54,847 nucleotides of DNA from Chrysochromulina tobinii (lineage: Eukaryota), in contig JWZX01002689.1 of assembly GCA_001275005.1 (NCBI GenBank), forward strand, positions 1 to 54,847, given 5' to 3'. The position numbers and the translations under genes were made by a program. The first letter of the stretch is position 1; each line of letters begins with the position of its first letter. Shown one piece after another: positions 9,562 to 21,500 of the stretch. The notes below the pieces were generated by a model, which made no database searches, was not told where the DNA came from, and was given only the letters and a program-made list of their open reading frames with translations.

Positions 9562-10380
9562 ATGCCGTCGAAGACGCCGAAGGCCGTCGCCCCAAAGCCA
9601 GTACGCAAATGCGGCACGCCGGGCTGCAACTTGCCCGACTACCACCCCGGCATTTGCGAATCCCTGGCACCGGCAAGGAAGCGCGATCCGGTGAATTACA
9701 CATTGAAGCCGGCGCCGAAGCCGCCTCCGCGTCCCGCGGCCATGCCTCGGCTTAAGAGGCGGGTTGCCGTGCTGAAACCGGCGGAACAGAGCATTCTGCC
9801 CAACGGTCTGCACCGTTTCTACCATGTTCATCGCTGGGGCGTGCCGCTACCTGATGGCCCTGTCGATTGCACCGCGGGGAGCGACGACGAGGTGGATGAG
9901 AGCTGGCGGCTTGAGGCACCGGCTCGGCGCACGAGGGCGCGCACGGACGTGCCGTCGGGCGATGCGACGTTAGCGCAGCTCTGGAATGCGCACGTGCGAT
10001 CGTTGCCTCCGCTCGTTTCCGATCGCATGGTGCCGGGAGCGTGCCGTCAGTTTGCACGGGCGCACGCAAAGGTCCTCGCCAAGGAGCTGCGCCTTTCCTT
10101 CGCATCGCACCTTGCCGTGCTGTGCGAGCACAATCTGCTACATAACGACGACGCGGAGGATTGCGTGATGATCGTCGATGCTCTTGCCGCCGCCTCTCGT
10201 TCATCGGCGGAGTCAGGTCTTCGAAGCGACTCCGCCGAGGACGGCCCTAGCCCACTGCCCACTGCGCTATGTGCCGAGTGCTCGCGCCCGCTGCACGGGA
10301 AGCGCTGTGTCTCGTTTGGGCGGGCACGAGGAGCGGCCACGTGGCCGCTCCAGCAAACCTTAGCAGCAGCGGATCGCTGA
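9562..10380 (+). CDS. VEFS-box protein (SUZ12/VRN2/EMF2-like PRC2 subunit), minimal form
   Basis: RFYHVHR...SDDEVDESW...LWNAHVR...VSDRMVPGACRQFARAH...LCEHNLL...CVMIVD aligns by eye with the VEFS-box consensus (FYHSH...DSEDEVD...LWNSFVR...IADGHIPWACEAFS...LWNHGL). N-terminal CGTPGCNLPDYHPGIC Zn-knuckle-like motif. Confidence 0.8.
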   Translation: MPSKTPKAVAPKPVRKCGTPGCNLPDYHPGICESLAPARKRDPVNYTLKPAPKPPPRPAAMPRLKRRVAVLKPAEQSILPNGLHRFYHVHRWGVPLPDGPVDCTAGSDDEVDESWRLEAPARRTRARTDVPSGDATLAQLWNAHVRSLPPLVSDRMVPGACRQFARAHAKVLAKELRLSFASHLAVLCEHNLLHNDDAEDCVMIVDALAAASRSSAESGLRSDSAEDGPSPLPTALCAECSRPLHGKRCVSFGRARGAATWPLQQTLAAADR

Positions 10381-10887
10381 GTGTGCGCTTCGCAACCTGT
10401 TTCAGTGCAACTGTCGTAGTTGGCGTGGGCCCTCGGCGCCTCGGAATGTCGGGAAACGCGGAGCGCGGCGGGTTTGATTCGTTCCTAGAGTGTTTACTCG
10501 TACAGAGCTCAATGGGGCGATATTTCGAGTTATTTTTGAGTAGGTGGGGTTCGCGTATACTACTTTTTGCGTCGCCTCTTTTCGCTCTCTTCCTAGTCGC
10601 TCTCTTGCGCCGGCGTTGCCGGGGTTCGATGCGGCGAAGGCGCAAGGCGGGCGCCACCCGACGCCGAAATGAAGTCGCGCGTAGGTCATATCTGTCGAGG
10701 GCCCAATTCTGACATGGCACCGGCCTGGGCGTGCCCATCGAACTTCGCGGCGCCCAGGATCTTGAGACGAGACGTGCAGGCTGCCCCCGGGTGTCTCTCC
10801 CGTGGAAGCATCAGGGCACTCTGCTGCAGATATCAGGCGTTGCGAGGTCCGTCGGGGACCAGATGGGCGACTGGTGACCGCCGCAGC

Positions 10888-11688
10888 CTACGAGAGGCCG
10901 TGCTTGGAGAGAAGCGCCTTGAAGGAGGAGAAGAGGTCCTCGTTCTCGCCACCAAAGATCTCCTGCGCCATTCGTATCGTCTCCTCGCGCGACTGGGCGT
11001 GGTCATTCAGCCGCTTGATGTTCGCGAGGAACTGGTTGAACTGCTCGTACGTGAGCCGCAGCCGAGCCTGCCGGAAAAAGTCCTTGCCGTCCATGCGCGC
11101 GGCAGCCGATTCGGGTGGAGCGGGCGTAGCCGCCACCGAGTGCGCCGCCGGCGGCGGCGCGCCCACCGACGCGGACATCGGCGGCTGAGCGCGGGAGCTG
11201 TAGGGCGCGTTGCAGGGCGACGATGGTCCGAGGCCGCCCAGGAAGCTCGAGCGCGGGCCGAGCGCGCCGCCCGGCGTGAAGTCAGCAACTCCACCGCTGC
11301 AGCCACCGGCGGCGCTGAAAAGGAAGCCACCGGCGGCCGCGGCCGCTGCCGCAGCGCCGCTGCCGGGGAGATCCTCATCCTTGATTGACTGCAAGATTGA
11401 GCGCTTGAACGAGTCGAGCTTCGAAAGGTCGCGCTGCGTGGCCTTCAGATCCTGCTGCAGAGACGACTTTTCGTCGGAGAGCACGCGCACGCGGCTCTCA
11501 CTTTCACTCAGCTGCGCCTCGAGCTCCGCCACACGCCTTTCGAGCAGCGCCACCTGCTGCTGCCGATCCTTGCCATAGGCGCGCAGCTGCTGCAGCTCGT
11601 GCTCCTGCTGCCGGGCCTTTTCGTCGTAGGCCGTCTCGATCATCCGCAGGCCTTGGCGGAGGGCCTCGTCGGGCCCGCTGGCCATCAT
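10888..11688 (-). CDS. At4g15545/NAIP-family coiled-coil protein
   Basis: Coiled coil ending RDLSKLDSFKRSILQSI, and C-terminal DGKDFFRQARLRLTYEQFNQFLANIKRLN...IFGGENEDLF domain typical of the family. Confidence 0.85.
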   Translation of the reverse strand: MMASGPDEALRQGLRMIETAYDEKARQQEHELQQLRAYGKDRQQQVALLERRVAELEAQLSESESRVRVLSDEKSSLQQDLKATQRDLSKLDSFKRSILQSIKDEDLPGSGAAAAAAAAGGFLFSAAGGCSGGVADFTPGGALGPRSSFLGGLGPSSPCNAPYSSRAQPPMSASVGAPPPAAHSVAATPAPPESAAARMDGKDFFRQARLRLTYEQFNQFLANIKRLNDHAQSREETIRMAQEIFGGENEDLFSSFKALLSKHGLS

Positions 11689-12130
11689 TTGATCGGCTTT
11701 TGAGGTCCGTTCACAGCTTTTTGAGAGGGAAGGACTCCTCGCACGAAACCATTCGAGAGTGATATAGTTTCCGCCGACGCCGACCCGCCCCAGCTAGGCG
11801 AGTCAAGTCAATTCAACTTCATGAACAACAGACACAAGTTGTCGATATTATTTGACGCGCTGCCGTGCGAGTCAAGCGCTCAAGCCTCTTGACTTGATAT
11901 GACTTGACTTTGGCTTGAATATCTCGTCGTCTCTCACGAGTTCCGTCTGAAGCGTCGAGATTCCCCCAAATCTCGTCAGAGACCTCCGCCCGACAAACCA
12001 TCTCCGACGCAACCTCGCAATGTGCGTCGCCGCCGCCACCCTCGCTGCGTCTTGTTCGGCGTGGTTCTCGCCGCCGTCGATCTCGCTCATGCCATGGCGT
12101 GTCTCTTTGCGCAGGATTCACACCACCGTT

Positions 12131-12751
12131 ATGCTCGCTTGCCTTGTTGGCTCCTCCGCACTCATGGTCGGCACCTCCTCGAGGCCGATGGTGATGAGCC
12201 AGCGCATGGCGTCGCCCATGATGGCCACCACGTCCGCGACCCTGAAGACGATCCAGGGCCCGGATCTGTACTGGGAGGACAAAGGCCCCCTGCAGAACCC
12301 TCCGATGGAGGAGTCGGACTTCAAGGAGTACGACAAGTACGACCTGTTCCTCGCTGCCTGCGCCAAGAACGGCGTCAACCTCGACGCGGCGGGCACCACC
12401 GTCCTCGCCCCGGGCAACAAGGCCGTCGCTGAGTACATGGCGGTGAATGGCCCGCTGTCGAAGGCTGTCTGCGAGTACCACATCATCAAGGGTCTTGTCA
12501 ACACCGATGCGCTCGGCAGCGCGAAGCTCACCACCGTGCAGGGCGGCACCATCACCTACCGCCGTATGTTCCGCAAGGATTTCGTGGACAACGCGTTCTG
12601 CGCCGCCAAGTCGTCGCCGCCCCGTACCAGCTACTCGGGAAACATCAAGACCGACAACGGCATGATCCACATGATCAACGAGGTCATCTACCCCGGCTGG
12701 ACGCTGTCGTCCGGCGGCGTTGGCGCTGTCGGCGCCACCCGCGACGCTTAA
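12131..12751 (+). CDS. Fasciclin (FAS1) domain protein, probably plastid- or secretory-targeted
   Basis: TVLAPGNKA (H1), EYHII and NIKTDNGMIHMINEVIYP (H2) FAS1 motifs. Presequence MLACLVGSSALMVG...SRPMVM. Strong codon bias. Confidence 0.85.
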   Translation: MLACLVGSSALMVGTSSRPMVMSQRMASPMMATTSATLKTIQGPDLYWEDKGPLQNPPMEESDFKEYDKYDLFLAACAKNGVNLDAAGTTVLAPGNKAVAEYMAVNGPLSKAVCEYHIIKGLVNTDALGSAKLTTVQGGTITYRRMFRKDFVDNAFCAAKSSPPRTSYSGNIKTDNGMIHMINEVIYPGWTLSSGGVGAVGATRDA

Positions 12752-13406
12752 GAAGACATTCTTGCGACTTGCTCACGCACCAAAGCGTACCATCTCACCT
12801 CCGCGGCGCAGCATCGAGGCACAGCCTCGCCAGAGTCGGCCTGTGGAGGCATGCGTCAGGGATGGGCGTGTGCGTCCCAATAAATACGCATTTTTGAATT
12901 AGGTGCAGGTTGCCATGGTGGAGGTGACTGTATGCGGCTGTGTACACGCTGTGATGTATGTGGTGCGTGTCAGCTCGGGATCAGGACCTTAAATTCAATT
13001 TGACGGTAGATCATTCGTGCAATTCGCGCGTGTCATGTGTCGTAGTGCACACCTCTCACCTGTGGACGCAGGGTTGACGCAGGGTCCCGGCGCCCCCGCG
13101 AGGTGGAGCCGGCCGCCGGTGGTGGAGACCGCCCCCGCGACCGGTGGCGGCCGCGCGCCTCCGCGGTCATGTCCGCAGTCCGGTCCGCCCCCAACACGAA
13201 CGTCGAACCAAACCGTCGCTCCGTGGGTCTTATATCGTTAAATCGAATCGCGAGAAAATGTATCTGTGCTTGATACGCGGGGGCGGCCCCGAGGCCCTCG
13301 CAATGGGCCCTCGAGCGTCTAGCGTCTTGCGCGTTGCGGCGCCTTTCACCCTCCGCCCCTCCGGCGGCGTATCACAATGACGGGTACAGCTGAAGCTGAG
13401 TTCCAC

Positions 13407-14663
13407 TCACCTTATTGATAGAACGAGATGCTCATCGAAGACGGCCAGGCAAGCCTCGTAGTCGATCTCTGCTCTAGAGCAGCTCTGGTGGCAGCGCCTC
13501 ACCTCCGCATAGAGTGCCTGAAGCGCTTGGGTGCAAGTTGGGCAGTCGACGCCGTCGGTTAATGCCGCGACCGTTGAGCCCCTGCTCGTGAGCAACCCTC
13601 GCTTGATGGACGTTGTGAGAGCGGCTGGCTGGCCGTGCCACGGCAGGCTGCCCGCCGCCAGATAAGTAAGGGTGTAGACCAGGCTCTCGATGTCATCGGC
13701 GGGGCGCGTCGCACAGGAATGCGCATCGAACTCGTCCGCAGCGACGCTCGCAAACAGGATCGAGCCGAGAGGTCCATGCGGTTGCGAATCCCCCCCGACG
13801 GCGCCACGCTCCCCGACGGCCCCAATGCAGCCCGGAGCGCGCGTGCACGAGCCAAAGTCCACAAGATACAATCGGCTGCGCGGCTCTAGTGTCGTCGCGC
13901 CCGCGTCGAGGAGGATGTTTGACGGCTTGACGTCATTGTGCACGAAGCCGGCGCGGTGCAGACTGCGGAGGAGGCGGAGGAGCGTCGCACCCACACGCAG
14001 CAGCGTCGACGCAGCGACGACTTTGGGCGCCCCCCGGCCGTCGCTCTGTTTCGGACCATGCAGCAGGTCGTCGAGATCGGGGCCGAGTAAGTTCATCACC
14101 AGGGCGCCGCCCGGCGTGTCTGGGCCGGCCACCTCGTGGTGCAGCAGCGTGGGGAAGCCAGGGACGCCCGAAAGGGCAGATAGCACCTCCGCCTCGCGAG
14201 TGATCGCGATCGCGCCAGATTTGAGCCCGACCTTCACGGCCACAGGGTCAGCGTGGCCGGGGAGCTCGCCAAGCCGCACCTCGCACTGCGTCCCCTGTCC
14301 AATGCGTCGTCCAATAGTCAGCTCGTCGATGGATGGGAGAGGAGTTGGCGATCGTGGTGTTGCCGGCTGTAATCGGATCCCGGCATCGAACCACGACACG
14401 ACTCGCGGCGACACCAGTGGTGACACCAGTGGTGGCGGCCGAATGCTTTGGGTGGTGGACACAACCCTCCCGATGACATGTTGCTCCCGAATCTCGTCGA
14501 AGGAAAACGTCGCACCCCAAGTAAAGCCGAGAGGATGTGCTAGGTCCTCCACTGCGGAAAATCGGCCTAACGGCGAGCTTACTGCTGTGGAGTGCGCGAG
14601 GGCTGACAGCATCGAAGGTCCCGACAGCATCGAAGGTCCGGGCAGCCTCTTTTTCCAAAACAT
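13407..14663 (-). CDS. Casein kinase 1-like Ser/Thr protein kinase
   Basis: [55 protein letters not shown]. The true start may be one of the downstream MLS codons. Confidence 0.88.
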   Translation of the reverse strand: MFWKKRLPGPSMLSGPSMLSALAHSTAVSSPLGRFSAVEDLAHPLGFTWGATFSFDEIREQHVIGRVVSTTQSIRPPPLVSPLVSPRVVSWFDAGIRLQPATPRSPTPLPSIDELTIGRRIGQGTQCEVRLGELPGHADPVAVKVGLKSGAIAITREAEVLSALSGVPGFPTLLHHEVAGPDTPGGALVMNLLGPDLDDLLHGPKQSDGRGAPKVVAASTLLRVGATLLRLLRSLHRAGFVHNDVKPSNILLDAGATTLEPRSRLYLVDFGSCTRAPGCIGAVGERGAVGGDSQPHGPLGSILFASVAADEFDAHSCATRPADDIESLVYTLTYLAAGSLPWHGQPAALTTSIKRGLLTSRGSTVAALTDGVDCPTCTQALQALYAEVRRCHQSCSRAEIDYEACLAVFDEHLVLSIR

Positions 14664-14829
14664 TCACAGAAAACTTCACAACGTTCACAGCCCCACCCCG
14701 CGCTCTGGGGACGCCGCACGGGTTGTGCAGAGTCCGTGCGGGTTAGAGATGTGTAAGAGGTTTGGACCCGCTGCCGACGTTACACAGGGACGAGATTGGG
14801 CGGAGCTGTATTCTGCAGCCTTCGCGAGC

Positions 14830-15648
14830 ATGTTATCCCTCATCCTCGCGGCGACTTCGCCGCGCGCGCGCCTCAACACTGGTTTAATGGCCACCGCCCC
14901 GCTCTCGATGACCTCCGCGCTGATGGCGAGACCACTGGTGATGCCTAGGTCACGCTCCGTGAAGATGCAGTATCAGGGTTATGGTCAGCAGCAGGCTTAT
15001 GGTCAGCAGCAGGGCTACGGTGCTCAGCAGGGCTACGGTCAGCAGGCGTATGGACAGCAGGCGTATGGACAGCAGGCGTATGGACAGCAGGCATACGGCC
15101 AGCAGCAGGGCTACGGTGCTAGGGGCACTTGGCTGCTGTGCGAGAAGCAGGCATGTTTTACGGTGCGTCCTGGCCAGCAGCAAATACTGGGTCGTCTTGA
15201 CATCCCATCTGAGGATACTACGGATTCACGTGTGTCGCGCGAGCACATCGTGGTGAATGTTGGAATGGATGGGAGCGCTACTCTCAGGCCTCTGAGCAAG
15301 AATCCAACAGGTTGGCGCGCGAACGCGTATTCTCCGTGGCAGTGGCTACAAACGGATCAGTCGATGATCCTTACCGAGGGCTGTCAAATCAGCCTGGATA
15401 TCAGGAATCCCGAGGGTCCCATGTTCACGTGCCAGATAGACAGGGGTGGTGGCATGCAGCAGCCCGGAATGGGAGGCTATCCGCAGCAAGCTGGCTACCC
15501 TCAGCAAGGATACGGCCAGTACCCGCCGCAGCAGGGCTACCCGCAACAGGGCTATCCGCAACAGGGCTACCCGCAACAGGGGTATCCACCGCAGCAGGGC
15601 TATCCGCAGCAAAGCGGCTACATGGGCGGCTATCCGCAGCGGTACTGA
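14830..15648 (+). CDS. Gln/Gly/Tyr/Pro-repeat protein with a central FHA-like domain and targeting presequence
   Basis: [10 protein letters not shown]...RSVKM presequence; (QQAYG/QQGYG)n; ILGR...SRVSREH...SKNPT FHA signature; C-terminal (YPQQG)n. Confidence 0.75.
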   Translation: MLSLILAATSPRARLNTGLMATAPLSMTSALMARPLVMPRSRSVKMQYQGYGQQQAYGQQQGYGAQQGYGQQAYGQQAYGQQAYGQQAYGQQQGYGARGTWLLCEKQACFTVRPGQQQILGRLDIPSEDTTDSRVSREHIVVNVGMDGSATLRPLSKNPTGWRANAYSPWQWLQTDQSMILTEGCQISLDIRNPEGPMFTCQIDRGGGMQQPGMGGYPQQAGYPQQGYGQYPPQQGYPQQGYPQQGYPQQGYPPQQGYPQQSGYMGGYPQRY

Positions 15649-16095
15649 GGCCTCACTGAGTTCAGCGCTGCGATGCATTGGCGCATGCACGATCGATGGC
15701 TGGGGCTGAACGCTCACCCGCTCTTGGAAGGGTTGTGCTAGATGCACCTTGATGTATGCGCGCGTCCCACAGCAAGGCCTTAATTCTAGCTGAGGGCTGG
15801 CTGCTGACATCGCATGGCAATTGACTTTGTCAAGCAACGAGAGGCTTGGGCGATCGAGGATTGGGCACAACGACGCAACGACTAGGACTTACCGCTCAAT
15901 GTTGGTTCCCTTTCTGCGGACCATATAGTTTGTACATTAAGATTTCGCCCCTTTCTGGGGGGGGCGGGGGGGCGGGCGGTTCGGGCTTTGGCGCGTCCTA
16001 ATACTAAACCATTTGAACCGACGTACCAGTACCTTGTATTTATCTGCGCATCGATTCAAACCCGTCTCCATGCTTCGTTGCTCACTGCACGCCGC

Positions 16096-18225
16096 TCACC
16101 AGCCGCTGGCCTCCGCGGTTGAGGCGAGGACATGCATATATTCAGCCGCCAACGCGTCCACCGCGGCTGCGCCTGGGCCGTCCGGATTGCGGAGACTGCG
16201 CGCGCTCTCGAGAGGCTTGACCACGTTACTCACGTCCCAAAGGTCCTTTATGGTCTTGCCGGGGTCGTAGACGTCGGAGTCGTCAATAGAGCTGCCCACG
16301 AGGCGCACGCGACTCTCGCCGCCGCTGCCAAGAGCGCCGCCGAAACCCGCCGATATGGCGCTGCCGACCGTTGTGGGTCCGAGGCTCACGGCGACAGCCA
16401 CTTCCGCAGGCAAGCCGTGCACCTCCAGTTCGCTCTCGGGGACCAGCATGCAGCCGTGCTGCGCTAGCAGCTCGAAACGGAGTGTGCGGGCCTTGGCATC
16501 CACAATGACATTGAGGCGGCAACCGTCGCGCAGGAGCATGCCCTTCGACTTGGCGCTCCCCTTGAGGACCCTCGGCTGCGGGATCGCGAGGTACTCGTGC
16601 CGGTGCCCTTTGAAGAAGACGCGCCCGCTGTACGCGTTGCATACAATCGCGTGGCTGGATCGCTCGAGCGGCGAGGAGCCTTCCCACGAAGCCGCCGCCG
16701 ATGCTAACGCATCGGCCGCGGCCGCCCAGCGCGCGCCAACACTGCGGCCAGCACTACCTCGTCGCCGCGGGAGCACCGGCTCGTCGCCCCCGCGCGCATG
16801 GTCCTTTTGGTAGTTCAAGCCGACGACGCCGACGCACATCGGACCTGAAAGCTTCTCAATGATCAGGGCGACGGTGAGCACCTCGTGCGAGTGCCAACGG
16901 TCGACGATGCACGTAGTCCAGCCTTGCTGCCCTGGGTCGCGCCAGATCAACAGCCGGTCGGGGCTGATGTGTACAAAGGGCACCATGGACTTGTCCGGCG
17001 CCGCGCTTGGCGGTCGGGCTACTGGTATGGCTAGCCTGTCGACCGCCCCAGCATCTGCCTGCAGCAGCGGTGGCAGCGGCGGCGCGAGCAGCGGAAGATC
17101 GAACGGGGCGGCGGCGCCCCCCGACGGTGCGCATGCCCGCAAGGCGCTTCCGAAAGCCGAGCTGGACGCCGCCCGCGCAGCTGGAGCGTCGGCCGTGACC
17201 GTTGCCGCCACGGTGAGGCGAAGGGCCTTGGCGGCCGCGCGCAGGGTCTCGACAGCGCCTCTCGGGGCCTGCGGGCCGTCGCCATCCGGCCACGTCCATC
17301 GGGCGAAGTTGACCTCGCGGTGAGCCTTTTGGCGGCCAGTGCCTTTGAATGCTCCAACCCGGCGACCAATCTTTCGAAGCAGCTCGCTGGCAATGCGATG
17401 GGTGCGCTGGTCGACTGCCTTAGCTTCGCGCAGCGTGCTCGCCGGGCACATGGAGAGGATCATGCGCAGCAGGTCGTCGCTGAGCTCAACTGCTCTCTTG
17501 CTGGTGAGACCGTCGTCGTCATCAAGGTCGTCCTCGAGATCCCAACGCCGCGTGGCTAGAGGTGGGAGTAACAGCGACGCAGAGTCGGCGGCACGTGCCG
17601 GATCTTCGCTGGCCGCCTCGTCGAATAGTTGTCGTGATGCCGAGAAGAAGAATTTGCTCGAACGGTCGCTGCGGCTCTTGAACTTGTCCTTCCCAGGCGG
17701 CGTGGGTGCCAGGCCAGGCGTGGGCAGCTCTTCGGACGGTCCAGGCGGCATGGGTGGGAGACCAGGCGGGGGCGGCTTGCTCGTGGCGGAGGGTAGAAGC
17801 GGCAGCGCCGCAGTGGTCGTCGACCGGGCGGCGCGAGAGGATGCTGCTGCGTCGGCGCGAGAGCTGGCCACACGCGAGGCTGCTGCAGCTGCTGCCAACG
17901 ACGGCCTGCGCCGTTGGGCCCGACGGTTCATACCAGTTCCGCCGATCGGCCCCTGGTTCCACTCCTCTGCCGTCCGTGCTACCGCTGCCGCCCGCCCTGC
18001 TGCGAGTGCTGCCGCTGCGTCCTCTACAGCCTTTCGTGTCGCCGCGATCTTCTCTTGAGCTTCCCGCTGTTCTTTCGCTGATCTTTCAGCGATAGCCTTT
18101 CGCGCCGCGGCCGCCTCTTGCGCTTCCCGCCGAGCCTTAGCCGCCCTTTCCTGCGCCGATGCGAGCTGTGCTTCGGCCGCCGCCGCCGCCGCAACCCCCT
18201 CGGCCGCCGACTGAACAGGTGGCAT
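16096..18225 (-). CDS. Hypothetical protein with F-box-like motif and C-terminal SPRY/B30.2-like beta domain
   Basis: LSDDLLRMILSMCPASTLREAKAVDQRTHRIAS is F-box-like. MCVGVVG...GCRLNVIVDAKARTLRF...LPAEVAVAVSL is SPRY-like. N-terminal Ala-rich coiled coil. Start uncertain. Confidence 0.55.
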   Translation of the reverse strand: MPPVQSAAEGVAAAAAAEAQLASAQERAAKARREAQEAAAARKAIAERSAKEQREAQEKIAATRKAVEDAAAALAAGRAAAVARTAEEWNQGPIGGTGMNRRAQRRRPSLAAAAAASRVASSRADAAASSRAARSTTTAALPLLPSATSKPPPPGLPPMPPGPSEELPTPGLAPTPPGKDKFKSRSDRSSKFFFSASRQLFDEAASEDPARAADSASLLLPPLATRRWDLEDDLDDDDGLTSKRAVELSDDLLRMILSMCPASTLREAKAVDQRTHRIASELLRKIGRRVGAFKGTGRQKAHREVNFARWTWPDGDGPQAPRGAVETLRAAAKALRLTVAATVTADAPAARAASSSAFGSALRACAPSGGAAAPFDLPLLAPPLPPLLQADAGAVDRLAIPVARPPSAAPDKSMVPFVHISPDRLLIWRDPGQQGWTTCIVDRWHSHEVLTVALIIEKLSGPMCVGVVGLNYQKDHARGGDEPVLPRRRGSAGRSVGARWAAAADALASAAASWEGSSPLERSSHAIVCNAYSGRVFFKGHRHEYLAIPQPRVLKGSAKSKGMLLRDGCRLNVIVDAKARTLRFELLAQHGCMLVPESELEVHGLPAEVAVAVSLGPTTVGSAISAGFGGALGSGGESRVRLVGSSIDDSDVYDPGKTIKDLWDVSNVVKPLESARSLRNPDGPGAAAVDALAAEYMHVLASTAEASGW

Positions 18226-18582
18226 ATATGCTGGCAGCTCTTGGAGTGATGCTGCTGCTGCTTGGAGAGTTCGCCGTCCGTGAGCTCGCCCCGTATGTGA
18301 AGTGTGAATGTGAATGGTTGTGAATGTGTTTCTGGGCCGAAACAACACAAGTACCCGCTCAAATTGCACAACCACGAAGGATAACTCGCCCAGCGGAACA
18401 TCTCACACCCGCGCTGGGCCGCACCTGCGACCTCTCACTGTGGGACAACCCACCCGACCTGACACGCCCCAATCAAAATGCGATTCATCTCAAATTCTCC
18501 TCACGTCCGCGACCAGCGAGAATGCATGGCAGGTCATCCCCCGCCCCTCTGCTCATGTCCGGGCTCATGTCATCAGGCGAAC

Positions 18583-21500
18583 CTATTTCTTCTTCTCCGC
18601 GGACTTCGGACCGCCTGGTGTGGTCTTCTTCGCGCCCAGGGGGGACGGCTTCTTGTCGGCAGTCCTGCCGCCACTCGTCAAGGCGTACGCGCGGCGCTGA
18701 ATCCTCCGGAAGGCGCCGTTCAGCTCCCTGTAGTCCAGCTTGCCCGAGCCATCTGGATCGAGGGCCTTGAACACCTTAGCCGAGTCAGCCTTGCTGCAGC
18801 CGAAGCCCATGCCGTTGAGCGCCTGGTGGAACTCCGAGACGTCGATAAAGCCGCTCTTGTCGTCGTCCCACGAATTGAAGAGCTCGAGCACACGCCCCTT
18901 GGACTCTTTGAGAGCCTGCTGCAGCGCCCACTGGACGTACTCCGCCAGGTCCACTGTGCCGCCGCCGTCGAGGTCGAGCTGCACGAAGAGCTTCTTGAGC
19001 TCCTCGTCGGACATTTTAGCGGTCGGGTCGTGCTCCGGGTCGCGCATGCGTACCATGTTGCAGAACTCGTCGAACCCGAGCTCGGAGTTGCCGTCCTCAT
19101 CCGCCTTGAAAAAGTCATCCGCCTTGATCTGCATATTCGATCTGAAGTCGCCTCTCCCCTCGCCGAACACATCGCTCGCTTCAGCATTGGGGGATGTCGA
19201 GCGGGGTCTGTTTGTCGCCTTCTTGAGCCCCAGGACCCCCGCGATCCCCAAGCTTTTCTTGAGGAATTTGTTGAGCTCTTCAAAGTCAATTGAACCCGAC
19301 TTGTTGGGGTCGAACTCGTCGAAGGCCGCTTCGATGACCTGTCTGGGGAAGTCCGCTCCAATCTTCGCCCACGCGGCGATCCACTCCTTCCTATCAATCT
19401 CGCCGCTGCCATCGGCATCAAAGTCGCGGAACAAGTCCATGACGCGCATGTTTTTGGAGCTGAGGTATTCCTTGAGCGACTGAGCCACGGTCTTGGTCTT
19501 GTCGTAAGGGATCAGGGGGGGCGGCCCGGCGGCGGGCACCGCGACCGGCGGCGGGCGCGCCTGCGCGAGCTTGAGTTTGGCGCGCAGCTCGTCGATCTCC
19601 TTGAGGAGCTCCTTTTGGATGACGTGGCGCTCGCCCTCGAGCTGCGAGCGCTGCTCGTCGAGCATGCGCCGGAGCATCTTAGCCGCCGCCTCAGCGTCCT
19701 TGATCTGGCGAGCACTCAGCTCTTCCTTGGCGCGCCGTTCCGCCTCGAGAGCCGCCTCGGCCTCCTTGCGCAGCTGCTCGAGCTGCTGCCGCTCCGCGTG
19801 GGCGCCACGCAGCGCACGCGCGAGCTCCTCGGCCATGCGGTTCGCCGCCATGCGCATCTCGTCAAGCGAGGTCGAGAGCATTGCATTGCGCTCCTCGAGC
19901 TCATCGCGCTGCTGCAACACATTCGCCATGGCCGTGTTGTTGCGCGCGTCCTCGCTGGCGTACTTGGCCATCTCGGCCGCCTTGCGCCCCACTAGCGCCT
20001 CGAGCTCCCAATCCCGCTTCCAGGACGAGTACCCTGCGCTCAGCTTGGGCTTCGTCAGCCGCAGCGACGCGGCACGCAGCAGCCGCTGGCGCCGCGTCTT
20101 CTCGAACCACAAGTCGATCCAAGAGGTCATACCGCGCGACAGGTCCTTTGCCAGGATGCGCCGCGCCGCCATGCGCTGGAGGTGCGCAATGCGCTTCTCC
20201 TTCTCCTCCTCGCGCTGGCGCTGCATCTCGAGCTCAGCGGCCGCTTTGCCGCCGTCGAGCGCCGACAGCTTGTTGAGCAGCTCCTCCCGCTCGCGATTGA
20301 GTCGCACATTCTCCTTTTGGAACGCCGTCCGCTCCGCTAGCACCACTTCGAGCTGCTGTGTCTGGAAGCTCACGCTCGCCGCGAGGGCCGCCTGGCGGGC
20401 CGCGAGCCAGTCGCGGTTCCAGTGCGAGTACGCATTCGCGAGCTTCGGCTTCAAAAGCCGGCCCGCCGCGCTCTGCAACATGCGCCGCTTCTCGACGCGC
20501 TCTGTGTACAAGTCGTGCCACTGTGTCCAGCCGCGCAGCAGGCCCTGCTTTCCGAACCTGTGTGCGGCCATCGTCTTGATCTGCTCGATGCGACGCTCCT
20601 TCTCCTCCTCGAGCTTGCGCCGCAGCTCGGCTTCGCGCTCGGCCGCTCCGCCGTCCAAGGAGGAGAGTTTTTCGAGGAGCGTCTCGCGCTCGCGCTTCGC
20701 CGCCTCGAGCTTCTTCTCGTACTCGTTGCGTTGCCGGAGCAGCTCTTGCTGAGCATCCTCGAGCTTGAGAGTTTCGCGCCGCAGCCGCTGCTCGGCCGAG
20801 CCGCTCGCGCGTGCGATCACCGTCGCGCGCTCCCAGTCCACACGCCAACTCGAGTACGATGCAATCAGCTTGGGCTTGGTCAGGCGCGCGGCCGCCTTCT
20901 TGAGCAGGTTGCGCTGATACACCTTGTGGGACCACATCTCATGCCAAGCTGACCAGCCCATTGCAAGCTTCCCATTGATCATGCGCTTGAGCCCCAGCTG
21001 CGCCAGGTGCTGCACGCGCTTCTCCTTCTCCCTCTCGAGCTCCTCTTGGGCGAGGCGCATCATCTCGGCCTCCTGGCCGCGCCCGTCCAGCATCGCCGCA
21101 CGCGCGTCGGCGAGCTCCTTGTGTAGTTGGGCATTCGCCGCCTGAGCCGCCGCGAGCTCGTCGAATGCGTTCTTGAACTTGAGCTCCTTGCTGTGTGTGT
21201 TCGCGGCAGACATATGAGCCGTCCAGTCGTGCTTCCAGTGCGAGAGCGATTGGATGAGCTTGGGTTTGGTCAGGCGCGAAGCCGCCTTCTTGAGCAGGTT
21301 GCGCTGATACACCTTGTGGGACCACATCTCATGCCAAGCTGACCAGCCCGTTGCAAGCTTCCCATTGATCATGCGCTTGAGCCCCAGCTGCGCCAGGTGC
21401 TGCACACGCTTCTCCTTCTCCATCTCAAGCGCGCGCGCCATCTCAAGCTCCGCCGCCGCCAAGCCGCCATCGAGTTGGCTCAGCTTCTTGAGCAGCATAT

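Noticed and set aside
12900..13400. GC-rich hairpin-prone intergenic region as a possible ncRNA
   Set aside because: No recognisable tRNA, snRNA or riboswitch motif. Hairpins are expected at this GC content.
13690..14829. N-terminal half of the 652-aa plus ORF
   Set aside because: Antisense to the CK1-like kinase. The real gene most likely starts at 14830.
15955..15980. G-run tract that could form a G-quadruplex
   Set aside because: A simple low-complexity run between convergent genes with no supporting evidence of function.
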